Shown here: positions 1 through 8,362 of the stretch, piece by piece
Layout: each line of letters begins with the position of its first letter
Position numbering within the stretch: the first letter of the stretch is position 1
NCBI GenBank assembly: GCA_021825655.1
Contig: JAKAGU010000001.1
Span: 50,358 to 114,357, forward strand
Direction: 5' to 3'
Length of the DNA: 64,000 nt
Origin: a bacterium
GTDB taxonomy: Bacteria > Patescibacteriota > Doudnabacteria > UBA920
Translations under genes and position numbers: made by a program
Notes under the pieces: generated by a model
Told to the model about the DNA's origin: nothing
Databases searched by the model: none
Seen by the model: only the letters and a program-made list of their open reading frames with translations

Positions 1-207
1 GCCACCAACAGCACGCCATTTTTCAAATCCATGGCCCGGGTTAAGTCTTTAGCTTCAAGAATGAACCCTGAAGCGGCCTTTTCCCAATTCTTTAGAACCT
101 TATACCGATTAAAGGCTCCAACCAGTTTTTTTTCTTTGGCCGCATGACCAATAGCGCGCTCCAGGCTTTCAAATGATTTGTACATTGTGTTTGTTTTTTA
201 AATAAAT

Positions 208-1302
208 TTATTCCTGCGGTTTCTCCTCCACCGTAGCCGGGCTCAGAGTAATATGCTGGGCGGGCATTTCCAGGGGGTGGGTGGTGGTGATAAAAGTTTG
301 AAAACGGTTTTGCAGGTACTTCAGCAAAAAGGTTCTGCGGGTATCGTCCAGTTCGGAAAGCACGTCATCTAAAAGCAAAATCGGCTTATCTTCTCCGCGG
401 CTCAGGTAGTCGAGTTCCAAAATTTTTAAAGCCAATACCTGGCTTCTGAGTTCGCCGCGGGAAGAAAACGGGGACAAAAATAAGCCCTCGCTTTTCAAAG
501 AAAAATCGTCCCGGTGAGGCCCGACCAGGCAGGAACCGGCTAACGTTTCCCTGCTTTTTAGCGCTTCGAGTTTGACGCTAAAAGCCTGAGTTATTTCCTC
601 TAAAGTTTCGCCGGCTAAACTGTCGTAAGTCACCTCAACGGGCCGATGGAACCCCGAGATGGTGGTGTAAATATCGGAGATGCTTTGGTTGAGAAAATTT
701 ATAAACTGGCGGCGGGCAAAAATCAAACGGCTGCCAAGTGCCACCAACTGCTGGTTCCACTCGTGCAGGCTGTTTACCGCCCCGGTGTTGCCTGCGCGAA
801 TATCGGCCAACAGGCGGTTTTTTTGGTAAAGAACTTTTTTATACTGGGCAATGTCTTCCAGGTACTCCGGGCTTTTTTGGGAAAGCACCATGTTCAAATA
901 CTTGCGCCGGGTTTCGGGCGACTTGCTGAACATGTCCACGTCCGATGGGTCAAAAATAACCACCCGTAAAAACCCCTGGGCTTCGCGCCTTTTGGTTTTT
1001 ACCCCGTCAATTAAAAAATTGGCGTAAATTTTTTCCCGTCTGGAAAGGAAAATATCCAGCTGATGGCTCTCCCCTTCTCTTTCCACCAACATGCGGATTT
1101 CGGCACTAGCGGAGTCTTTTAAAAAAATAAATTCGTTATCGTCCCGAAAAGACTTGAATAAAGAGGCAAAATAGATGGACTCCAGCAGGTTGGTTTTACC
1201 CACGGCGTTCGGCCCGGTCAAAACCACCGTGTCGCTGGAAATTTTTAAATCTAAATCGGGGTAATTGCGGAAGTTTTTTATCTGAATATTTTTTACTTTC
1301 AT
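208..1302 (-). CDS. recF: DNA replication and repair protein RecF
   Basis: 364 aa with an N-terminal Walker A (GPNAVGKTN) and SMC-like RecF architecture. Sits next to dnaN and dnaA. Confidence 0.9.
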   Translation of the reverse strand: MKVKNIQIKNFRNYPDLDLKISSDTVVLTGPNAVGKTNLLESIYFASLFKSFRDDNEFIFLKDSASAEIRMLVEREGESHQLDIFLSRREKIYANFLIDGVKTKRREAQGFLRVVIFDPSDVDMFSKSPETRRKYLNMVLSQKSPEYLEDIAQYKKVLYQKNRLLADIRAGNTGAVNSLHEWNQQLVALGSRLIFARRQFINFLNQSISDIYTTISGFHRPVEVTYDSLAGETLEEITQAFSVKLEALKSRETLAGSCLVGPHRDDFSLKSEGLFLSPFSSRGELRSQVLALKILELDYLSRGEDKPILLLDDVLSELDDTRRTFLLKYLQNRFQTFITTTHPLEMPAQHITLSPATVEEKPQE

Positions 1303-1306
1303 GAAA

Positions 1307-2407
1307 TTAGTTCTTGATGGGCATTACCAAATAAAGATAACTGTCATTGTTTTCAGGGGTAAGCAGGCTGGGAGAACTGTCGTTGGTAACTTTTATAACC
1401 ACGTTTTCAGCAGTCAGGTTAGCCAAGCACTCCAACAGATAGTGAAAGTTCACCATCAGTCCCCCGTTTTGGCCTTCCACCCGCGAAGGCAGCTCCACTA
1501 CGCTTTTCCCCAACTCACCAGACTCGGTGTGCAGAACCAAAGCCTGGGCGCTGCTGTCATACTCAACCTTAACACTGGCGTTGTTTTGGCTAAACACCCC
1601 ACCCGCCCGCAAGCCATTAACCAAAGCCTGGCGGTTGGTGGTAATGGTGGTGGTGAACTCGCTGGGAATAATTTGTTCATAAGGCGGATATTCCCCGTCA
1701 ATTAAGCGGCTGACAATCTGGGTGTTGTTTAAAGTAAAAGAAATCTGGGTCTCGTTTACGGCAATCTGCACCTGGCCTTCTTGGGTACCAATATTCCTGG
1801 ACAGCTCAATGATTGTTTTTTGGGGTAGGATCAAACTGTGCGGTAGGTTGGGGTTTTCGCTTAAATTCAGCTTTTTTTCTGCCAGGCGGTACCGGTCGGT
1901 GGCAGCAATTTTCAAAACACCACCCTCAGTCTTAAACAATACCCCGGAAATTTCCGGCTGGGTTTGGTTGGTAGAAACCGCAAACACCACCTGGGTTAGG
2001 GCCTGCTTCAGCTCTTGGGAGGAAAGGGAGAAGTTTTTTACATTTTCCACCTCTGGTATCAGCGGGAACTCTTCCGCGGGCAAGGTCTTGATGGTGGTGT
2101 GGTAATTTTCTGTTTCCACCGACAACTCTGTTTCTTTGGTTTCAAGGGTAATGTTTTTGTTGGGAAGGCTACCAACCAGGTCACTTAGGGTTTTACAAGC
2201 TACTGTAACAACCCCCTCTTCTTCCACCTTGCACCTCACATAGGTTGTTACCGCAATCTCCAGGTTGGTTGAAGATATTTTCAGCAAGCCATTCTCGGTT
2301 TTTAACAACACGTTGCTTAAAATCGGCAGACTTACACTTGAAGAAATAATTCTTCCCACAGAGACTAAACCGGTTTTTAGGTTTTCCTGGGTGCAGATTA
2401 CTTTCAT
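1307..2407 (-). CDS. dnaN: DNA polymerase III beta sliding clamp
   Basis: 366 aa with beta-clamp fold signatures, in the canonical dnaA-dnaN-recF order. Confidence 0.9.
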   Translation of the reverse strand: MKVICTQENLKTGLVSVGRIISSSVSLPILSNVLLKTENGLLKISSTNLEIAVTTYVRCKVEEEGVVTVACKTLSDLVGSLPNKNITLETKETELSVETENYHTTIKTLPAEEFPLIPEVENVKNFSLSSQELKQALTQVVFAVSTNQTQPEISGVLFKTEGGVLKIAATDRYRLAEKKLNLSENPNLPHSLILPQKTIIELSRNIGTQEGQVQIAVNETQISFTLNNTQIVSRLIDGEYPPYEQIIPSEFTTTITTNRQALVNGLRAGGVFSQNNASVKVEYDSSAQALVLHTESGELGKSVVELPSRVEGQNGGLMVNFHYLLECLANLTAENVVIKVTNDSSPSLLTPENNDSYLYLVMPIKN

Positions 2408-2632
2408 ATATTTATATATAAATAATTTAATACAAAATAATAATAAGCGCTGTGGATTTGTGGATTAGCGGGATATACCAGTAATTTATCAATTTTTTCG
2501 TTTTGGCTTGTTGATAAAACAAGAACAAGTGTGGAAGATTTTATCCGCAGGAAAGTGAAGAAGAAACAAAAAACTTCATCCCCAACAATACCAACAGACA
2601 ACTACCATACAAATACACAACCTTACCCCCAG
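2408..2632. promoter_or_regulatory. dnaA-dnaN intergenic origin-type region (DnaA-box cluster plus AT-rich unwinding element)
   Basis: Tandem TGTGGATTTGTGGATTAG at about 2451-2468 and a TTATCCGCA variant at about 2541-2549. A nearly pure AT stretch (atatatttatatataaataatttaatacaaaataataataa) at about 2405-2445 matches a DNA-unwinding element. Confidence 0.6.
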
Positions 2633-3979
2633 CTATATAAACAGTTTATCCAGAATTAAATCCATCTCCTGTTTGAAGCCGTCTTTATCCTTAACTAAAG
2701 TCTCCATTTTTTCTACTGCATGCATTACAGTCGTGTGGTCACGCCCCCCAAAAAAATCACCAATTGAAGGGAAGGAGCTGTCCAGCTCCCGGCGAATAAG
2801 ATACATGGCTATCTGCCTTGGTTTTACAAATTCTTTTTTTCGCGACTGTTTTACCAGGTCTTCCATAGAGATGTTGTAGAATTCGGCGACCACCTCGGCA
2901 ATTTTTTTCGCTGAGGTGACTTTCTTTTTAGCCCCGACAATACTGGCCAAAATCCCTTTAGCCTGCTCCAAAACCAACCCCCGGTTATCCATTTGTTGAT
3001 AAATCGCCAGGCGGTTAAGTGCCCCTTCCAACTCTCGAACGTTATTTTGGATGTTTTCCGCGATATAAAAGAGGATTTCTTCCGGCATCTGCACCCCGCG
3101 TTTTTCCATTTTAGTGCGTAAAATTGCCATGCGGGTTTCGAGATCGGGCGCTTGGATATCCGCAATCATCCCCCACTCAAACCGGGAGATCAGCCGCTGT
3201 TCTATGGCCGGAATTTCTTTCGGCGGCCGGTCGGAGGTGATGATGATTTGCTTTCCGTTGTCGCGTAATTCGTTGAAAGTATGGAAAAATTCTTCCTGGG
3301 TGCCTTCCTTGCCCGCCAAAAATTGGATATCGTCTATAAGCAAAGCATCCACTTCACGGTAGGCTTTTTTAAAATCATCCATGCGCTTCTGGCTGATAGC
3401 GTTAATATAGTCGTTGGTAAATTTTTCACTTGTAACATATAGAATTTTTTTATGGCTGGATTCCAGAATGCGGTGCCCCACAGCCTGCATTAAATGGGTT
3501 TTACCTAAACCCACCCCGCCGTAAATGAAGAGCGGGTTGTATTGCGTGCCCGGATTTTTTGCCACAGCCTGGCTGGCTGCGTGGGCAAGCTCGTTATTTT
3601 TTCCGATTATCAGGGTTTCAAAAGTGTATTTTGGGTTTAAACCAGAGGTAAAAGCCGAGGGTCTCTCCTTGGTAAGGCCGGCACTCTCGGATTTTTTGAA
3701 CATATTGGTTTGCTGGCTGGCCTGTGTTGTGGGTTGGTTGCCAAGTTGGTATCTAATTTCTTTAATCTCTGGGGCAATCCCTTTCAGGCTTTTAAGCATT
3801 TCTTGGTGGTACTTAGCAGAAATCCAGTCGCGGTTGAAAGCGCTGGGTACGCCGATGATGATATGGTCCGCACCTCTTTCTAGGATGAGTGTGTTCTTAA
3901 ACCAGGTATTAAAGTTGGCCTTGCTCAGTGAAACTTCTAGACTGCCTAAGATTGCTTGCCAGAGCTGCTGATTAGTCAT
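2633..3979 (-). CDS. dnaA: Chromosomal replication initiator DnaA
   Basis: 448 aa with AAA+ Walker A ([10 protein letters not shown]) and the C-terminal DnaA DNA-binding signature. Confidence 0.95.
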   Translation of the reverse strand: MTNQQLWQAILGSLEVSLSKANFNTWFKNTLILERGADHIIIGVPSAFNRDWISAKYHQEMLKSLKGIAPEIKEIRYQLGNQPTTQASQQTNMFKKSESAGLTKERPSAFTSGLNPKYTFETLIIGKNNELAHAASQAVAKNPGTQYNPLFIYGGVGLGKTHLMQAVGHRILESSHKKILYVTSEKFTNDYINAISQKRMDDFKKAYREVDALLIDDIQFLAGKEGTQEEFFHTFNELRDNGKQIIITSDRPPKEIPAIEQRLISRFEWGMIADIQAPDLETRMAILRTKMEKRGVQMPEEILFYIAENIQNNVRELEGALNRLAIYQQMDNRGLVLEQAKGILASIVGAKKKVTSAKKIAEVVAEFYNISMEDLVKQSRKKEFVKPRQIAMYLIRRELDSSFPSIGDFFGGRDHTTVMHAVEKMETLVKDKDGFKQEMDLILDKLFI

Positions 3980-4234
3980 ACTTTTGTTTCTAAAAATGGC
4001 GGTTCAATGGTTAAAAACACGTGTCTTATCTATTCTAACAGCCAGTTATCAACATGTAAAATTCATTTTTTTGCGCTTATTAATAAGGAAAAACTATTTA
4101 TCTGTTTATATCGTGTGGATAAATTGTGGGTTGGTCCAGGTTCCGAATTATCTTTGGCTTAGAATTGACTTTAACACCTGTTTTTTAGTATAATTAGCCA
4201 AGATATTATTAAAAAGTGAGAGAGGATTTCGCGT
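3980..4234. promoter_or_regulatory. rpmH-dnaA intergenic region with DnaA boxes and rpmH promoter
   Basis: Perfect DnaA box TGTGGATAA (reverse complement of TTATCCACA) at about 4114-4122. TTATCAACA at about 4046-4054 and several TTATCT-type half matches. rpmH promoter TTGACT, 18 nt spacer, TATAAT at about 4165-4194. Confidence 0.6.
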
Positions 4235-4369
4235 ATGAAGCGAACTTATCAACCCAAAGTTAAGCGCAGAAAGCGCAGGCATGGTTTCATGAAGCGCATG
4301 CAAACCAAAACCGGCCGCAATGTTTTGGCCAGAAGAAGGGCAAAAGGCAGAAAAAAATTGAGCGTTTAA
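4235..4369 (+). CDS. rpmH: 50S ribosomal protein L34
   Basis: 44 aa ([44 protein letters not shown]). Below the ORF-track size cutoff. Canonical position upstream of rnpA. Confidence 0.85.
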   Translation: MKRTYQPKVKRRKRRHGFMKRMQTKTGRNVLARRRAKGRKKLSV

Positions 4370-4378
4370 TTTTTCAGA

Positions 4379-4735
4379 GTGATGTTTAAAAAAGAACACC
4401 GCCTGGCCAAAACCAAAGATGTAAAAGCGGCATTTGAGCAAGGTCGGGGTTTTTTTAACCCTTATTTTTCAGTCAGGCATAATGCCAAAACAGGGCAGCA
4501 AAGGCGTTTTACAGTCGTGGTTTCTACTAAAGTGTCAAAAAACGCCACCCGACGTAATCGTTTAAAAAGGTTAGTAAGAGAGTTTGCCCGCATAAATATG
4601 GCAAATTTTTTACCCGGTGACTATATTTTGGCCTTAAAACCAAAAGCCAACCAATTACCAGACCCAGAAGTGGTGGTGGTTTTGAGTAAGCTCCTTATCC
4701 AAGCCAAAGTTTATGAAAATAAGAGAATTGTCTAA
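4379..4735 (+). CDS. rnpA: Ribonuclease P protein component
   Basis: 118 aa basic protein with an RnpA-like RNR motif region, immediately after rpmH. The first Met in the ORF track is a GTG. Confidence 0.85.
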   Translation: MMFKKEHRLAKTKDVKAAFEQGRGFFNPYFSVRHNAKTGQQRRFTVVVSTKVSKNATRRNRLKRLVREFARINMANFLPGDYILALKPKANQLPDPEVVVVLSKLLIQAKVYENKRIV

Positions 4736-4970
4736 AAATTTATTACTGGGATTGATTGGTTTGTACCAAAGATCCCTCTCCCCCGATCATGGCTGGTTTA
4801 AGCACCGACATCCCCATGGCTATTGTCGGTTTTACCCGAGTTGCAGCGAGTATGCTCGCCAGGCGGTAACCAAGCACGGCGCGGTTAAGGGGGCTGGTTT
4901 GAGCGCAGCACGGCTCTTAAGGTGCCACCCCTGGGCTCAGCCGAAGGTTGACAATGTACCCAATTCTTAA
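4713..4970 (+). CDS. yidD: Membrane protein insertion efficiency factor YidD
   Basis: 85 aa with the conserved YidD/haemolytic-domain motif (HGYCRFYPSCSEYA). Overlaps the rnpA 3' end as in many bacteria. Confidence 0.85.
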   Translation: MKIRELSKNLLLGLIGLYQRSLSPDHGWFKHRHPHGYCRFYPSCSEYARQAVTKHGAVKGAGLSAARLLRCHPWAQPKVDNVPNS

Positions 4971-4985
4971 TTTTAAACCAAACCC

Positions 4986-5696
4986 ATGTTTCTTGTTTCT
5001 CTGTACAACGAAATCATCTATCGTCCCCTTCTAAACCTTTTGGTTTATTTTTACCACTACATTCCCGATATTGGAGTGGTGATTGTGCTTTTAACCATAC
5101 TGATTAGGCTGCTTATGGCGCCCAGCTTCCATAAGTCTTTAAAGAGCCAGAAGGCAATGACCGAGCTGCAGCCTAAGCTTAATGAGGTTAAGGAAAAGTA
5201 TAAGGATGACAAGGAAGGCCAGGCGCGGGCTATGATGCAGTTGTATAAAGACCACCAAATTAACCCGCTTTCTTCCTGTTTGCCTCTTTTGGTCCAGTTT
5301 CCCATCTTAATTGCCCTTTATCAGGTTTTCAGCAAGGCTTTAAACAATCACTTAACCGGTTTGTATGCTTTTGTACCCAAACCGGAGACCATCAACCCCT
5401 TCTTTTTACACCTAATGGATTTGTCCAAACCCAGCATAGTTTTGGGCGTGCTAGCCGGCTTGGCCCAGTTCTGGCAGTCGAAAATGATGCTGCCCAAAAC
5501 TTCAGCAGCTTCGCAGGATGCAACCACCAAAGCAATTCAGATGCAAACCACCTATTTTTTGCCTATTGTTTCCGTGGTGATTGCCATTAAGTTGCCGGCT
5601 GGCCTGCCTTTGTACTGGCTGGTGACAACTCTCTTCGCCGTCGGCCAGCAGTATTGGCTGGTGAAAAGACAGCAACCCCAGGCTCCGCGTTCTTAA
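4986..5696 (+). CDS. yidC: Membrane protein insertase YidC/Oxa1 family (short form)
   Basis: 236 aa polytopic protein of Oxa1/YidC type in conserved rnpA-yidD-yidC synteny. Confidence 0.85.
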   Translation: MFLVSLYNEIIYRPLLNLLVYFYHYIPDIGVVIVLLTILIRLLMAPSFHKSLKSQKAMTELQPKLNEVKEKYKDDKEGQARAMMQLYKDHQINPLSSCLPLLVQFPILIALYQVFSKALNNHLTGLYAFVPKPETINPFFLHLMDLSKPSIVLGVLAGLAQFWQSKMMLPKTSAASQDATTKAIQMQTTYFLPIVSVVIAIKLPAGLPLYWLVTTLFAVGQQYWLVKRQQPQAPRS

Positions 5697-5764
5697 ATTT
5701 TGGCGATTAGTTTCAGCGGCCATACTTTTCGCCGCTGGCTACTAATTACTAAATCTCGAAATCC

Positions 5765-6235
5765 ATGACCGACTACAATAAGATAGAAGCCGTCAAACAG
5801 ATAATCGGCCAAACCTTAGACCATCTCGGCGTACCCGGCAAGGTGGAGTTTGAAGAAAGTATTACCAAAGGGCTGATTTTTAATATTTCTTCCCCGGAAT
5901 CTTTTATGTTGATCGGCCGCCAGGGCGCCACCCTGCATGCTTTGCAGGTTTTGGTGCAGAATATCGCCGTCAAACAATTGGGCGGCCAGGAGCCGTTTTG
6001 GTTTACCTTAGACGTGGATGATTATAAGCGCAAGCGGGAATGGTATTTGAAAGAAACAGCCAAAGCTGCGGTAGACCATTTGAAAAAAACCGATAAGCCG
6101 GTGCGGCTGGAGTCGATGCCGGCTTACGAGCGCCGGTTTGTACATGCTTATCTGCAGGAGCATTTTCCCGATGTGGAAAGCGAGAGCCAGGGCGAAGACC
6201 CCCATCGGAAAATTGTTATTCGGTTTAGACGCTAA
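5765..6235 (+). CDS. jag: Jag/KhpB-like RNA-binding protein (KH plus R3H domains)
   Basis: 156 aa with a C-terminal R3H-like motif (ERRFVHAYL...HRKIVI). Conserved position after yidC. Confidence 0.75.
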   Translation: MTDYNKIEAVKQIIGQTLDHLGVPGKVEFEESITKGLIFNISSPESFMLIGRQGATLHALQVLVQNIAVKQLGGQEPFWFTLDVDDYKRKREWYLKETAKAAVDHLKKTDKPVRLESMPAYERRFVHAYLQEHFPDVESESQGEDPHRKIVIRFRR

Positions 6236-6243
6236 CCCATTTA

Positions 6244-6279
6244 AAAAACCCCGTCCTCCTTAGGAGGACGGGGTTTTAT
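6244..6279. terminator. Bidirectional intrinsic terminator
   Basis: aaaaaaCCCCGTCCTCCttaGGAGGACGGGGtttta lies between the convergent jag (+) and aldo/keto reductase (-) genes. Confidence 0.7.
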
Positions 6280-6280
6280 T

Positions 6281-7165
6281 TTAAGCCAGCGGGATGGTGT
6301 CTGAAATGTTTTCTTGGTGCGAAAAGTCTGTTTGCAGTTTTTTTACGTCTTCGGGCGCCATTGCCCAATCTAAAGCCCCCAGGTTTTCTTTTAAATGTTC
6401 CTGGTTGCTGGTTTTGGTCAGGGTAACAACGTTGGGTTGCATAACTAGCCAGTTGATGGCAATTTGGGCAGGTGTTTTTTTGTATTTGCCACACAACTTT
6501 TGAATCAAAGGTTCGCTGTCCAGGTCGGTTTTTCCTCGGGTAAGACTGCCCATGCCCAGCGGGCGCCAAGCAACCAGAAAAATGTCATTCGCCTGGCAAT
6601 ATTCAAGCAGTCCGGACTTTTCAGGTTCTCTAAACCTTACGCTGTAGTGGACCTGGGTTGCCTCAATAGGGTGCCGGGCCAGGTCCTGGGCCTGTTTGGT
6701 GTGCTCAAGGTTGAAATTACTGATACCCAGGTGTTTAATCAGCCCTTCATCAGCCAGCTCGTCCAAAGCTTTCATGCACTCCCCAATTTTTTCCTCTCCG
6801 GGGTAGCGGTGGAGGTAATAAAGGTCCAAGTAATCCGTGCCCAGTCTTTTTAAACTTGCCAAAGCCGCTTTTTTGATGTCCTGGTAGTTTAAGTGGGTCT
6901 GTTGCGCTTTGGAAGAAATAAATAGTTTTTTTCTGTCCTGGCCTAAAATTGCCTGGCCCACAAATTTTTCAGCCTGCCCGGCGGCGTAAACTTCGGCCGT
7001 ATCGATTGCGGTAATGCCTGAGTTAAGGGCTGATTTTATGGCCCCAATGTCTTTTAAATCGTCGTTATTTGGATCAGGTTCGTTGCGCCCGCCCATTGCC
7101 CAAGTGCCCAGTCCTAGCACGGGCAGCTCAAGTCCGGTTTTAAGTTTTTTTATGGGGATACTCAC
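6281..7165 (-). CDS. Aldo/keto reductase family oxidoreductase
   Basis: 294 aa. The N-terminus (LPVLGLGTWAMGG) and overall pattern are typical of the AKR family. Confidence 0.8.
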   Translation of the reverse strand: MSIPIKKLKTGLELPVLGLGTWAMGGRNEPDPNNDDLKDIGAIKSALNSGITAIDTAEVYAAGQAEKFVGQAILGQDRKKLFISSKAQQTHLNYQDIKKAALASLKRLGTDYLDLYYLHRYPGEEKIGECMKALDELADEGLIKHLGISNFNLEHTKQAQDLARHPIEATQVHYSVRFREPEKSGLLEYCQANDIFLVAWRPLGMGSLTRGKTDLDSEPLIQKLCGKYKKTPAQIAINWLVMQPNVVTLTKTSNQEHLKENLGALDWAMAPEDVKKLQTDFSHQENISDTIPLA

Positions 7166-7168
7166 GGT

Positions 7169-8359
7169 CTAGATGATTAAGGAGAGGGTGAGCCAAAATA
7201 TTAACGCCAAATCATTTTTAAAATATGGGTTGTCAATCTGGCCTTGGACCAGCAGGGTTATTATAAACAGCACCGCTCCTAAGCCGAAGGCGTTCCGGCG
7301 GTTTTTAACGCCCTGGTACAGCGCCAGAACAGATAAGCCAATAAAGCTTAACATGCCCAACAGTCCGGTTTCCACCCAAAAATCCAAGAAGATGTTGTGG
7401 GGGAAATTGTGCGTGTCCAGGTTGGGGTCGGTGTTGAGCTGCGGCCATTTTGTGGCAAAGCCGGTTAATCCCAAGCCGAAAATCGGTGACTGTTTTACGC
7501 CCTTAAGCCCTGTATTCCAGAGCGATAGGCGCGATACGGCCGATTTCTCGCCCAGGAAAGGCAAGATTACTCGATAACGGAGGTTGGGGGTAATTAATAC
7601 TATACCCGCCAGCGCCACGCCCGCCAGCAAAGCTGCGTACCTGAGCTTTTTATCTCCAGCGATTAGCACGTACAAGCCTATCCCCACTGCCAAACCCAAC
7701 CAGCCGGCCCGGGACATGGACAAAAATAACCCGACTGCTCCGAGCAGCCAGAACATAAAAAGTTTTTGGGTTAGCGGCAGGTGTTTGTAGCTGCGCACCC
7801 GTTCCATGAGGTCGGGCACCAGAAAAGCGAGCAATGGGGCGCTAAATAAAGCATAAAAATTTGGGTGCCCAAAAAAACCCAGTGCGCGCTTGGGTTCTAC
7901 GGCATTGCCCCAGTATTGGGGCGGCAGGCCGAAAAGCGTAAAGTATTGGACAATTGACCAGACGCCCATAATTCCCAGCAGCAAATAGGCGGCGTAAGTC
8001 CAAGCGTTTTTTGTGCCAGGGTTTCTGTGGAAAAGGTAGCCAAATAAAAAGAACAGGCTGATAGGCTGGAAAATAAGCACGATAAATTGCCCCAGGTTTT
8101 TTTGGGAAAAGCCCGGAACAAAAAGCGAGATCGCGCCTGCCAAAAAAAACAGGCCTACCAGCCCCAGCCACCATTTATTTAAGGACTTCAGCCAGAACCA
8201 AAAATCAGCCAGTTTTTGCTGCCGGGCAAAGTAATAGGCGAAACATAGCCAAACCAAGGCCACCCAAACCATTAACAGGTTTAGGGGCACTGGCCCGATG
8301 CTAAAACGTAATGCGTAAGCGGGGGCAAGGAGTAGGGTACAAAAGATTAAGTAAGACAT
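7169..8359 (-). CDS. O-antigen ligase (Wzy_C) family polytopic membrane protein
   Basis: 396 aa with about 10-12 predicted TM helices and a Wzy_C-like central loop (SMSRAGWLGLAVG). Tightly packed with the AKR and PBP1A genes, 3-4 nt gaps. Confidence 0.6.
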   Translation of the reverse strand: MSYLIFCTLLLAPAYALRFSIGPVPLNLLMVWVALVWLCFAYYFARQQKLADFWFWLKSLNKWWLGLVGLFFLAGAISLFVPGFSQKNLGQFIVLIFQPISLFFLFGYLFHRNPGTKNAWTYAAYLLLGIMGVWSIVQYFTLFGLPPQYWGNAVEPKRALGFFGHPNFYALFSAPLLAFLVPDLMERVRSYKHLPLTQKLFMFWLLGAVGLFLSMSRAGWLGLAVGIGLYVLIAGDKKLRYAALLAGVALAGIVLITPNLRYRVILPFLGEKSAVSRLSLWNTGLKGVKQSPIFGLGLTGFATKWPQLNTDPNLDTHNFPHNIFLDFWVETGLLGMLSFIGLSVLALYQGVKNRRNAFGLGAVLFIITLLVQGQIDNPYFKNDLALIFWLTLSLII

Positions 8360-8362
8360 GGT

